Positions 18,601 through 28,052 of a stretch of DNA of 48,530 bases are shown here, piece after piece (within the stretch, counting starts at the first letter, position 1; each line of letters starts with the position of its first letter). The position numbers were made by a program, and so were the translations under genes. The DNA is from a virus (lineage: Duplodnaviria; Caudoviricetes): the IMG/VR virus record IMGVR_UViG_3300033489_000014, positions 1 to 48,530 of that record. One strand, 5' to 3'. Below the pieces are notes generated by a model that did no database searches, was not told the origin of the DNA, and saw only the letters and a program-made list of their open reading frames with translations.

Positions 18601-20242
18601 CAACTGAATCATACCAATAAACTAATGACATAATTTTTAAATTCTGATCAGCAGATAAGGAAGCTCTAACAGTAATAGTATCTGTAAATATCCCAACACC
18701 TGTAGGTAAATATCTATCAGTAGCACCTACATCATCTCCAATATATAAATCTATCCAATCTACACCATTTAAATGAAATAAACGAATCACTTGTCCAGTT
18801 ATCGAACTAACTGAAGGAGCAATAACCCTATAGGCTGATCCTCCTGCCCAAGAAAAAACAAAATCAACACCAGGATCGGAATTAACTTCCAAATCAAAAG
18901 TTCCAACTGGATGATTAGTTGACATTTCCATAATCCAAGTTCCAGTAACTGTTCTAGGATTAGGATAATAAGCCTTTAAGTTAGGTACTATAACTTCATC
19001 GTCATCAACATAAATTTCATAAAGTTTTGCACCTTCTTTCACCGTAGGACCTAAATAACCACTTCCAAAATTCGCAGCATCAAAAATTATACTTGTAGGA
19101 TTAGCATTTATAAGTCTTTTTCCGTTTACGTAATACAAAGATCCTGGAGGCGGAGCCTGAATAAATACTGTATCCCCAGATGGTGAAGCAGTACTAATAG
19201 TTCCAGAAAAAGTAGCGCCATTACTTCCCTTCCAAATACCATTACAGTGCTCTACATCTTGGTGCTCATCCAACAAAGACAGATTTGTCCCTCCAAAATC
19301 ATCTAAATCGTTTCCGTGAGGGTTATGCTCACTTATAATTCCTGTTCCAATCTTATTTCTATGAAGAACATCTTCTCCTGTAAATCTAGGAACTTCTTGA
19401 TAATATAAATTTATTACCTGAACAGTCTCTGTATAAGGAACAACTAATCCAAGTGGTAATTGAGAAATAATTATTTCAAGCTTTATCCAATAACCAGAAC
19501 CATCCGTTATTGTAATTATAGAATCAATAGAAACATTAGTTGCAGCAGAAATAACACCCCCTGGAGAAGTCCAATAAAACTTATATGGAGGAGCTGCCGT
19601 ATCATCAAAAGTAATTGATCCGTTTCCAACAGGACAATCGGGATCAACTGCAACGACTGTTACCCCAGAAATATTAGGCAATACAGAAGGGTTAGTATAT
19701 AAAATGTTGTTATACTCTGCTGAATTTGTAAAATTAACAAGCGGATTACCCGCACCCTCAGCAATAACCTTAGAAATTATTAAACAACGATCTTTAGCAT
19801 CATTTGCTAAATTATTATCAGACAGCGGCAAGACAGTTGGATTATTAAAATCCGTTTCTGTCCAAACTCTCATACGATAAGTTGCCTCATTTCTTGACGG
19901 ATAAATTCTACCATCGGTTTCATGCGGCATACTCTGAGTATTATTCTCAGTATAAACAGCACAAACAATATTAACAACCCCCAAAGTATAATTTGCTAGA
20001 GCAATATTTAAATTCGATCCAATCGCAATTATATAATCTCCCCTTGGAACATACCCAGAAAAGGGACCTACATCCACTCTATCCGTATTTAACGGATTAG
20101 CAGAAACTACCCCCCCAGTAAGAACACCACGAGAAGTAGCATCCAAGCGCATTCTAAGAATTTGCTCAGCTTTTGTTGTTTCAGTTCTTTGCAACAAAGT
20201 TCTATCAACTAAAACACCATTAGAAAATAATGAACCTTCCAC
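15653..20242 (-). CDS. tail fibre/spike with C-terminal right-handed parallel beta-helix (possible depolymerase or receptor-binding protein)
   Basis: many (I/V)S(N/G)N(I/V)-type repeats over the C-terminal half; last gene of the baseplate cluster; GTG start with SD GAGGTG. Confidence 0.8.
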   Translation of the reverse strand: MEGSLFSNGVLVDRTLLQRTETTKAEQILRMRLDATSRGVLTGGVVSANPLNTDRVDVGPFSGYVPRGDYIIAIGSNLNIALANYTLGVVNIVCAVYTENNTQSMPHETDGRIYPSRNEATYRMRVWTETDFNNPTVLPLSDNNLANDAKDRCLIISKVIAEGAGNPLVNFTNSAEYNNILYTNPSVLPNISGVTVVAVDPDCPVGNGSITFDDTAAPPYKFYWTSPGGVISAATNVSIDSIITITDGSGYWIKLEIIISQLPLGLVVPYTETVQVINLYYQEVPRFTGEDVLHRNKIGTGIISEHNPHGNDLDDFGGTNLSLLDEHQDVEHCNGIWKGSNGATFSGTISTASPSGDTVFIQAPPPGSLYYVNGKRLINANPTSIIFDAANFGSGYLGPTVKEGAKLYEIYVDDDEVIVPNLKAYYPNPRTVTGTWIMEMSTNHPVGTFDLEVNSDPGVDFVFSWAGGSAYRVIAPSVSSITGQVIRLFHLNGVDWIDLYIGDDVGATDRYLPTGVGIFTDTITVRASLSADQNLKIMSLVYWYDSVVPRGSIGYPPYGVLRSYVDNRSWGTLGTDQLADSFLNSLIYDTTSELNYSGLLLGRDSTGSFEFSSLGGLSIHLLGGNYYCKGKRLEYLGENILLPDNQTSILWLDYLGVLHIDDFSAAPFSSSLAIAIEWVCGYSKNLDVENQSVYEGVGMYTPERGVLLRIITTAGGAIIPASSYDISRGIGYLVDDWSVGSRITCVAAFDNFDSAFAYATFYSQMYGLGGIHGHIDLKIVGNVYIYRPVTQPVYVNVIGSQNADRAVYGAVSGDYTGIWILANGSKVSGVYCRTFAPCSLFRFKTNVIIENCNFSSTNGYFASLGTSADDVTIKECKIFTDNGIFSTPTGTFYRFNFYNNYVNSSSYNVSTALLIAKNLYESNIYKNTFYKDNDTLSPCIDVQNSGKFSLSNNNIYIDNSSSAAKEYGIYLKDCTNVSLVGNVVSRKTGSTSVNGVGICVNNSGSVVVSENVIGFMAVGIWIGADVGVDSGSFEEIVVSNNAIGWCFSCGIAAKADTDGTIANTITGLRIVNNYIGSLYKSAVADPVFSSTLQGIYVIVYNDALTSVKNIYIEDNVIDTLVNLQTTGNTYGIQTYVSTSISSPSVIYNISMSRNKLSNFTCTANHDVFGINLYTKNGLFPTHLGKVTNVDISDNDIYLYSYYNSPNIVRGINCFSEEGASTDNRYVSMVKIDNNSIIITPEHSGDVGDCIFIDNEYGYYDMSISNNTLAAPFTGIYGCCKRAVVSANTVHTLSVGMYFPVLLQSTVDGNTIYVEGYNSNTYYAIDTTHYGVFGILVNEYQDDFILSNNYIDVFSAEAFPLSALYQESANICLALGCCRFTISGIKTHQAYGSISGGGQAYHIYMSCPRDNWIVRDCHIDNSGQGIGTTTPSLSHGIYYVPVAVVLNLRGTIISNVIAGSNEAGDTRYELYCGNNLAGSITVLYNYVSLYNSAPTNGDVPKILLSANTYTNTTNTMDTWTPGPTYALASF

Positions 20243-20266
20243 TGTTTCACCTCATTATTAAATATA

Positions 20267-23200
20267 CTAAATTGTCCAATTATTAGTCAAACCTGGAACA
20301 TTTGGTGTAGTTCCATACAAATGCAAACCTTTTAAAACTAAAGATCTTATTCTAAAATCTCTCAAATCTCTTATTCCAGAAACCGATAAACGCAATTGAT
20401 GAAATCTATGCCCTGCAATTTGATGAACATTTACATTTTCATTTTTATCAATAACATTCCAAGTAGCCGCTAAAACACCCAAAGCACTTGCTGCAGATCT
20501 ATGTTCAAAAATTACATTCAAATTACTTCTAAGATAAACTCTAGGCTCATAATGCTGTAAATAAAACTGCCCATTAACTAAATAAGAAGCAGTAATTTCA
20601 ATTGTAAAATCATCAACAAATTGCCAATGTTTCTTAGGAATTTCTACAGACTCTTGCGACAATTGAACAAACAATTTAGAAGTTGCTTTATTAGCATTAG
20701 ACCTTTTCGTCAAAATAGCTCTTGAATTACTTGCATTAAAAAATAAAGGAGTTTCTGTATAATATTCCCCTTGAATTTTTTCAAGTCTTTCCCACAAATA
20801 ATAATCAGCTAGCCACATATAATCACGATAAGTTGCTTGAAGATCTAAAACTGTAGTAGTAACTTGATAAATCAAATTATAATCAATTGTAAAAACATTT
20901 GCTAAATTCAAATCTCCACTAACAAACCAAGCTTGAGGAATTGAAATAGTATTAGCGGCACTAAATGACCACATATCATTAGGAACAGGAATTCCATTTT
21001 CATAAAGAATTGCTTCTGTTTGATCTTCATCAGAATAATAGGCTAAAGTTGAAACATAATCTGGTCCAACAAGAAACAGCGCAAGCTGTTCACCAGCTTG
21101 ATTAAGAAACTCTGGATAAATATAAGAATATTTAATGGGATCAATCGATTGTATTTCACAGTTTATTAAACCACAAAACGAAAAATCTGCTTCATCTATT
21201 GCTCCAAAAAGATTTTTTGGTAACCCCAATGCAGTATACTCAGTTGCATCAAAAATATCTATTGAAGAATGAGCAGAAGAAATTAATCTAGACTGTCCCT
21301 GTTCAACTGTATTATCAGAAATTACCAAAGTTCTTGCCGAAATTATTGTTGGTGTAGTTCCAACAAGATTTGGCAAATACGAATAAATAACCTCAACATC
21401 AATAGAGCTAGCATCTGGAGCAATCAATTGATAAGTTCCATCAGCAATAACCGTTAACCAACCAACCCCTGGAGCAAATGAAGTTCCGTACGGTTGCCAT
21501 CGTAATCTTTTTATAGACCCTATTGAAGTATATGAATATTCAAAAGTTCCACTTCCTACATTTGTGTCTGTAGAAATTGAGGAAACAGTTATTCCGCCAA
21601 ATATAGAATTTGGTGAAATATCTTTGTGCAATAACCCCAAATATTTTTGCTCATTTAGAGTCAAAATTTCTGGTGACCAGATCCACAATAATTCACCAAA
21701 TTTTTGTCTGTGCCTTGATCGGACAACTGTAGAATTTTGAAGAGACTTAGAAGTAATGTATTCAACTCCTACTGATAAATCATCTATTGTAACATCAACT
21801 CCTACAACGCTTCTATTAAAATCAACTTTTACTAAAACACCTGAATCTTCCCAAGTCAGAGGGGCTATTTCTCTATATTTTATTTCAGAAGGAATCACTG
21901 TTGAAAATTCAACATAAGTTGGCGACTCATAATTTGTTCCCCCAGCACTAGTAACGATCAATGTGGGAGTACTAGAAACCCAATTGTCTCCACCATCAAA
22001 AGAAAAACTTAATGTAGCTGTTGTTGTCCCCGCACCCAAACTGGAAAACCATCCCGATAATTTAGCCTCAAAACCTTCATAATCATAAAACATCCCAGAA
22101 ATTTGTTGTGGATAATTTCTTCCTCTTGGAGTAGAAAAAGGTAAAGGAAATTTATTAACCTTTCCTGTAATAACTAAATTAGTAGTAGGAGCAGCCAGTT
22201 CCAAAATCTTCCACCTAAAAGCAGAAGAGGGATCAAACCTATCCAATTTGCTACTAAACAATGACGGGGAAAAAATTGAAGAAGCAATTGCAGAAGTAGT
22301 TATAAAAAAATTATCTGGCGTTTCTACAAAACCATCTAATACATCATCGCCAACTAAAATAGTGTCAGTCTGATTTGCTATAGGCAAACTTGATGTATCA
22401 ACTTGTACCCAAAGCCCTTGACATTGATAATTAATCTCACTAATCCTAGAATAACCAATTGAAAATTGTGTAGTCTCAGTTGCAGGAGAAACTGCAGGTA
22501 TACTAATATCTGCTATACATACATAAATTTTTAAAGTATTTCCAATAGAATCAGTTAGCGTATACTCTCCATCTTCTGTTATAGGAATCAAGGGACCAAG
22601 TGCTCCTAAAGGAGATTGCCAACGAAAACTATTTGGAGGAATTAAAGTATTATCATATACTCTTTGCAAAAAACAATCAGAAATAATATTAAAATATCCC
22701 AAAATATTTAAAGCAGTAACCCCAGCACGAATAATAGGAGCAAATTTAATATCTCCAGGAAGAACACCAAAAATCTCTGCATCACCATTGCTCACGCCGT
22801 TTTCAACTTCAACAGATCCTCCTATAACAATAGACTTAATAAGAACTTTTGCATTATAAACAGTAGCAGAAGCTGCATAAGGAGCACCATACTTAATATC
22901 AGCAAGCAAAGCGGCGATAATATCAACAACTACTTGAGCAGGTGTTGGATTAGGAAGACCAGTAACTAATGTAATATCTATTGTTCCTAAATTATCAATA
23001 TTCAAATATATATGATTATTAGGCCCAATATTATATGGAGTACCTGAAACACTTCTTCCTAAAATAAAAGAAAATTCATTATAATTTGGTCCAGGTAAAA
23101 ATAATTCCCCATCATGAACATCTACAGCAGTTCCAGCAGTTCCGTCCGGAAACCATCTTAGTCTTCTAGTTACAGAATCCCAAAACAAAATATGGGGAAC

Positions 23201-23938
23201 ACCCGGAACAGAAACAACATCAGGTTCAACTTTTACTAAATCAACACCAGTTATATTTCCAGTTGAATTTGTTAAATAATGGGATCTATCTAAAAACCTA
23301 TGATTAACAAGCATATCTTGATCCAATACCCAATTCGGTCCCCATTTTCTTCTGCTATAACCAAAAGGGGGTACTTGAGTAAAAGACGAAACAAGATCAT
23401 TTATACCTCCAAATTGTCCCCCCATACTTCGATAAGCTTGTCTTAATTCTAAAATCTGCGCCCTATAGGCTTCAATTCCCTGACCAGAATTAGCATATAC
23501 TCCAATAGGTTTTCCATAAATCTCTTCCAACGCAGAAATTTCAGCAGTTTCTATTGAAGAGTTTGCACTTGCTTGAATAATACTAGTATCTATTACTTCT
23601 AGAGCCTCAGCATAAGAAGCTAGCCATAAAGCGTACTCTCTAACTGTCACATAAGTTTTTATTTTATAACCATCAACACCACTTACTAACGTTATTTCAA
23701 CTTCCCCCCTTGGAAGAAGCCTTCTAAAAACAACATTACCAACAACATCTGAATAAACAGTTCCAACAAAAATCTCATTTAAATAAATTCCAAACTCGGT
23801 ATTAATATAATCTGTTTCAATCCGTAATGTAGTCTCAGAATTTCGATAAGGAAGAACAATCCCCTTGTTTGAATAGAAACTTCCTAAAACAATAGAATTA
23901 ACTAAATCTGCATATCGATCTACATTAGGAAAAGTCAT
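20267..23938 (-). CDS. large baseplate wedge/structural protein
   Basis: N-terminal SIETAEISALEEIYG..EAYRAQI..GGQFGGINDLV resembles gpI/gp7-type wedge helices; repeated beta modules; follows baseplate J. Confidence 0.7.
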   Translation of the reverse strand: MTFPNVDRYADLVNSIVLGSFYSNKGIVLPYRNSETTLRIETDYINTEFGIYLNEIFVGTVYSDVVGNVVFRRLLPRGEVEITLVSGVDGYKIKTYVTVREYALWLASYAEALEVIDTSIIQASANSSIETAEISALEEIYGKPIGVYANSGQGIEAYRAQILELRQAYRSMGGQFGGINDLVSSFTQVPPFGYSRRKWGPNWVLDQDMLVNHRFLDRSHYLTNSTGNITGVDLVKVEPDVVSVPGVPHILFWDSVTRRLRWFPDGTAGTAVDVHDGELFLPGPNYNEFSFILGRSVSGTPYNIGPNNHIYLNIDNLGTIDITLVTGLPNPTPAQVVVDIIAALLADIKYGAPYAASATVYNAKVLIKSIVIGGSVEVENGVSNGDAEIFGVLPGDIKFAPIIRAGVTALNILGYFNIISDCFLQRVYDNTLIPPNSFRWQSPLGALGPLIPITEDGEYTLTDSIGNTLKIYVCIADISIPAVSPATETTQFSIGYSRISEINYQCQGLWVQVDTSSLPIANQTDTILVGDDVLDGFVETPDNFFITTSAIASSIFSPSLFSSKLDRFDPSSAFRWKILELAAPTTNLVITGKVNKFPLPFSTPRGRNYPQQISGMFYDYEGFEAKLSGWFSSLGAGTTTATLSFSFDGGDNWVSSTPTLIVTSAGGTNYESPTYVEFSTVIPSEIKYREIAPLTWEDSGVLVKVDFNRSVVGVDVTIDDLSVGVEYITSKSLQNSTVVRSRHRQKFGELLWIWSPEILTLNEQKYLGLLHKDISPNSIFGGITVSSISTDTNVGSGTFEYSYTSIGSIKRLRWQPYGTSFAPGVGWLTVIADGTYQLIAPDASSIDVEVIYSYLPNLVGTTPTIISARTLVISDNTVEQGQSRLISSAHSSIDIFDATEYTALGLPKNLFGAIDEADFSFCGLINCEIQSIDPIKYSYIYPEFLNQAGEQLALFLVGPDYVSTLAYYSDEDQTEAILYENGIPVPNDMWSFSAANTISIPQAWFVSGDLNLANVFTIDYNLIYQVTTTVLDLQATYRDYMWLADYYLWERLEKIQGEYYTETPLFFNASNSRAILTKRSNANKATSKLFVQLSQESVEIPKKHWQFVDDFTIEITASYLVNGQFYLQHYEPRVYLRSNLNVIFEHRSAASALGVLAATWNVIDKNENVNVHQIAGHRFHQLRLSVSGIRDLRDFRIRSLVLKGLHLYGTTPNVPGLTNNWTI

Positions 23939-23940
23939 TT

Positions 23941-24924
23941 TTAAAACAAACCTCTATTTACTAATGATGGAGTTCTAACTGTTGTATCTGAAATATCACT
24001 AACTTTATAGCCAAACTGCTTATCATCAACTAATGTGAGCCCCGGTAAAAAATAATACTCAAACGCTGAAGGTTTGGTTTGAACAGCATTTGTTACAACA
24101 TGGACATGTACGTCACCCGCATATGCAGCTTCTAAATCTCTACTATCAATACTTGGAGGAGTAACTCCACGAAGTCTTAATTCGCTAACAGTAATAACAT
24201 CATGAACAATCTGTTCTCCAAAAACTACATAAGGTCTATTAATAATATAATCAATTTTTGTATCAAATATTGCATAATTATCTGCCAAATTATCGACACC
24301 AAATATAAAAAAACTTGTCAAAATATTTGCTTGCTTACACTCGTATATTAAAAATCCATTTGCATAAAACTGTATAACACTTCTCCAACGAAGAAGTTTA
24401 ATAGTAGAAACCCCTAATGTCCATGCACAAGAATAAGAACCAACTAAAATACCCCCTTTATAAACTACACAAGAAAGAGTCACAGATCCATCTGCTGCCA
24501 AATCAATACTAATATTTGAATAATTGTTAGGATCAGCATAAAAAGAAATTTTAAACAAAGAAACTAAAATAGGAGGATAAACAGTTATAATTGGTATATT
24601 TAACTTTACTTCATATTGAATATGATCAAATCCAGAATTCATTATAACAGCACCAATATCGCCAGCAACAACCCCAGAAGATAAATGTAACAAAGCACTA
24701 CCAACTGTTGCCGATCCTCCACCTAATGAAATATCAGACCATTTTCCAGGATCTAAAATAGCCCCTTGAAAATCATCATCAAAAGTTGTATATTCAAAAG
24801 CACTTCCTAAAACAACAAAAGGCGTCCCACCTATTGATGGTCCGCTAATAGGAAGAACGTCTGTAAAAGAAAGACTTGGACCATATAAAATCCCAGTACC
24901 GTATTTGAATAAAGAAAATTTCAT
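23941..24924 (-). CDS. structural protein: split IPT/TIG domain with an inserted lectin-like beta-sandwich
   Basis: VLPISGPSIGGTPFVVLGSAF, then about 190 aa, then VVFG..VSELRLRGVTPP..GDVHVHVVT..AFEY; insert starts FDDDFQGAILDPGKW. Confidence 0.6.
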   Translation of the reverse strand: MKFSLFKYGTGILYGPSLSFTDVLPISGPSIGGTPFVVLGSAFEYTTFDDDFQGAILDPGKWSDISLGGGSATVGSALLHLSSGVVAGDIGAVIMNSGFDHIQYEVKLNIPIITVYPPILVSLFKISFYADPNNYSNISIDLAADGSVTLSCVVYKGGILVGSYSCAWTLGVSTIKLLRWRSVIQFYANGFLIYECKQANILTSFFIFGVDNLADNYAIFDTKIDYIINRPYVVFGEQIVHDVITVSELRLRGVTPPSIDSRDLEAAYAGDVHVHVVTNAVQTKPSAFEYYFLPGLTLVDDKQFGYKVSDISDTTVRTPSLVNRGLF

Positions 24925-24927
24925 TAT

Positions 24928-26352
24928 TTAAACCAAATTTATTACAAAGTCAGCATCAGAAATTCTTGCATAAGAATCCGGATTTACCAAAATATCTGAT
25001 ACACCAGTACTGCCAGAAATACTAAATTGATTATACGTCCAATTATCAACTCCATAAATTTTTCCTACAATTGAGGAAATATCAAATACCTCAACATCAT
25101 TATCTAATTTCAAAGAATTTATATAGGATTTAACCGCACTTCTAACAAGATTCAAAACAGTTGCAGGGTTTCCAGCATTAACTTTCAAATTAGCATCAAT
25201 TGCTACATTAAATTGTCTAGCTTGCCTAAAAAGACGATCAGCCCCCATTGTATAAAATTGTTCTTGCTTAAAATAAGCATCAAGAATATTAATCAACGAA
25301 TTGTAATTGTATTGAATTACAACATCATCCCCTATATTAGGGTGTGCCCCTCCAGGAAGCCACCTAATTCCATCAGATGCCAAATTACTATAAGCATACT
25401 CACCTATTCCAGTAACAACTTCATAATCTATTCCCTGAGTATAAGTTAATCCAGTCGCAATAGAAGATACAGAAGAAATAGAAATTATAGGCTGAAAATC
25501 TACTGATTGCAGCGTATAAATCCCCTTATAATAGGTTACATAAGATCTACTTGAAGCAGAAGTCCCTAAAACCCAAATATCAATTGCTCCAGCATCATCT
25601 TCTTCTCTTGTTAAATAAGTATTATTTCCATAAACTATGTAAGCATCTTGCACACTACTTATATTATCTAGTATAAAGCTTTTCAAACCATTTGGAGTAT
25701 TTATTTTAGAACCTGTAATATGTAATAAATATCTTGTTGCTAATGCGCTATTAGTTTCAACCCCCAATCCCGTTGAAGTAGCTGACTTATTAGTAACATC
25801 GTCAAATTCATCTAATGGTCTTTTAAACTGAGTAATTGTATAAGCACCAACATTAGCTGTTCCATTTTTTACAACACTTGCTACTTGAACATCCAATTCA
25901 TATTTTCCAGTAGTTACATTATAATAGCTACTGGCAGAAACAGCATACATCGTTTTTGTTTCAATAGTTCGAAACAAAACAGTAGCACCTGTTTCTGGAT
26001 TTACCGTAGATCCTAATGGGAAATTTATTGGAACAGTAATGTCCACTATTGGAACAGTTACTCTAGAAAAAGTTGCAACAGTTACAGAACTAGATCCATT
26101 CCATCTAACCATACACTCATTAAATACAACACCGTCAACATCATCAGGAGAAAGTCTATCAGCATTTGACAAACTCATAAGATTACTTAAATAAACAACT
26201 CGATCATTCTGATTCTCCAGCACTTCGGCAATCGGATCAATCTGTAAATCTCTAATTGGTCCAATTCTAGTATCCAAAGAAGTGTCTCGTGTATTAACAC
26301 CAGTTGCTATTTGATCAGCAAAAGTATCTGAAGTAATTTTTTCAACAGTCAT
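24928..26352 (-). CDS. baseplate J / gp6-like wedge protein
   Basis: DTRIGPIRDL, GTANVGAYTIT, VTNKSATSTGLGVETNSALATR, GAIDIWVLG, YINSLKLDNDV. Confidence 0.88.
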   Translation of the reverse strand: MTVEKITSDTFADQIATGVNTRDTSLDTRIGPIRDLQIDPIAEVLENQNDRVVYLSNLMSLSNADRLSPDDVDGVVFNECMVRWNGSSSVTVATFSRVTVPIVDITVPINFPLGSTVNPETGATVLFRTIETKTMYAVSASSYYNVTTGKYELDVQVASVVKNGTANVGAYTITQFKRPLDEFDDVTNKSATSTGLGVETNSALATRYLLHITGSKINTPNGLKSFILDNISSVQDAYIVYGNNTYLTREEDDAGAIDIWVLGTSASSRSYVTYYKGIYTLQSVDFQPIISISSVSSIATGLTYTQGIDYEVVTGIGEYAYSNLASDGIRWLPGGAHPNIGDDVVIQYNYNSLINILDAYFKQEQFYTMGADRLFRQARQFNVAIDANLKVNAGNPATVLNLVRSAVKSYINSLKLDNDVEVFDISSIVGKIYGVDNWTYNQFSISGSTGVSDILVNPDSYARISDADFVINLV

Positions 26353-26355
26353 TTC

Positions 26356-26796
26356 CTAAGTCCTTGTCTTACCCTTAACAGCAAAATTAGCGGTACCATC
26401 TTCAGTCAAAACATTTACTGAAAATCCATAATTTCTAGGATCTTCCATTAATTGCCAAATTTGAGCCGGAGAAAAATCATAAATCAATTCCTTTGGTCCA
26501 CGTTGATCAAAAAGATAATCTTGTTGAGCTTTTTTCAATCTCGATAAACCAACCCTCACCCTTGCTTGGAAATCAGAGGCTACAGGGAAAATAGAAAAAG
26601 AGGTGGCAGTATTTTCAGTATCAGATCCTATCAATTTATCTAACCCGCAACCTAACCCGGTAGAAGGTCTAACATCAGTAGTCAAAACAAGAGCAACATC
26701 CTGTCTAACTTTTTCATTATCATTAACAAATACATAACCATTATTTGTATATGATCTTACAATGTCCCCATTATAAATTTTTAAAGATTTCGCCAT
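26356..26796 (-). CDS. baseplate gp25/gpW-like protein
   Basis: NGDIV..EKVRQDVALVLTT..GCGLDKLIG; size and position upstream of baseplate J. Confidence 0.7.
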   Translation of the reverse strand: MAKSLKIYNGDIVRSYTNNGYVFVNDNEKVRQDVALVLTTDVRPSTGLGCGLDKLIGSDTENTATSFSIFPVASDFQARVRVGLSRLKKAQQDYLFDQRGPKELIYDFSPAQIWQLMEDPRNYGFSVNVLTEDGTANFAVKGKTRT

Positions 26797-26806
26797 TTTT
26801 TACTTC

Positions 26807-27316
26807 TTACGGAACAGCATTAACAGCCTCATTAATCAAAGCATTATACAAAGCATCATCAAGTACATCTAAAGTTGCTTCCAACTGAGCTTTTGTAGCG
26901 GTCCAATAAACCAGTAATCTGTCAAAATTACTTGTCAAACTAATTATGCTAAAATAACGATCTTTATAAATAGAGAAAGCACTTAAACTTCCTTCCAATA
27001 ACGCCATTAAAGGATCTGTAATATAATGATAAAATTCTGGGCAAAGATCTGCTCCTGGAGGACCTAACCCGTTTAAAGCTCCTAATATAGAATTTTTAAT
27101 TTTTTCTATAAGCGCCTCATAAGTACCCCAAATATATTCTTCAAGATATTTTGTGGGATCCCACATTGCAATCTGTGCACGAAGCCACATTATTTGTGCA
27201 TCAATCATTAGAATAGCCTTTTCAAGCAAAGATCTTAAAGCCTGCAATACAGAAGATCCTTGTTGATAAAGCCATTCTGCAACACATTTTGCTACTGTTT
27301 GAGCACCTGAAGGCAT
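26807..27316 (-). CDS. hypothetical all-helical protein in the baseplate cluster
   Basis: amphipathic helices; between the spike and gp25-like genes. Confidence 0.55.
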   Translation of the reverse strand: MPSGAQTVAKCVAEWLYQQGSSVLQALRSLLEKAILMIDAQIMWLRAQIAMWDPTKYLEEYIWGTYEALIEKIKNSILGALNGLGPPGADLCPEFYHYITDPLMALLEGSLSAFSIYKDRYFSIISLTSNFDRLLVYWTATKAQLEATLDVLDDALYNALINEAVNAVP

Positions 27317-27317
27317 T

Positions 27318-28052
27318 CTACATTACCTCAAATTCCAAATTGTCAATTTTTATTATACCACCACTAGTATCGATATTTATTATTTCAGCAACCGAATCTG
27401 CAGCTTCTTCATTCGTTAATGGTGGGTCTGCATGAACATTTTCATCAAATACATTTTGCAAATCTTCCGAAAGATCGCTCAACTTACTAGGGGCAATTAT
27501 TTCGGTAGCATTTGCAAAAAAATTTGATGGAACATTTATCATACCTTGCCACCAAGCTTGAATGCCTGCTTGCAATTTATCTGCCCCTGCATCTGACTGA
27601 ATAATTCCTATCAAAGCACTTGCCATATTACTTTCCAAATCATCTAAATAAGTTTGGAGGATTAACATATTTGGAAAAGAAATCAAATAATCTTCTACAT
27701 CAACACTTGGCGAACTTTGCCCAAGAAAATCTTTAGTCCTTATAAAATTTTCTGTATCAAACTCAGAAACCAAATTATCAGACTCCCCTGTCAAACTACA
27801 AGAAATTACTACAAAAGATCCTGATTTATCCACTAATCCTAAAATACTATTTACTCCTATTTTTAAAGTATCTGTTTCAACCAAAATATTACTAGGTTCC
27901 AAAATTTCCGACTCAGCACTTGCAACTTGAAAATATTCTCTCCAAGTATTTGTCCAAGCATCTATAACCGTTTGTTCATCCATACATGTTTCAAAAGACA
28001 TTATAAGATTTTTCAATCTTTCTTTTGTTAACATTCCCATTCTATTTTCCAA
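27318..28052 (-). CDS. hypothetical acidic protein immediately downstream of the spike
   Basis: overlaps the spike stop; repeated short helices (IDAWTNTWREYF, ADKLQAGIQAWW, AADSVAEII). Confidence 0.55.
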   Translation of the reverse strand: MENRMGMLTKERLKNLIMSFETCMDEQTVIDAWTNTWREYFQVASAESEILEPSNILVETDTLKIGVNSILGLVDKSGSFVVISCSLTGESDNLVSEFDTENFIRTKDFLGQSSPSVDVEDYLISFPNMLILQTYLDDLESNMASALIGIIQSDAGADKLQAGIQAWWQGMINVPSNFFANATEIIAPSKLSDLSEDLQNVFDENVHADPPLTNEEAADSVAEIINIDTSGGIIKIDNLEFEVM

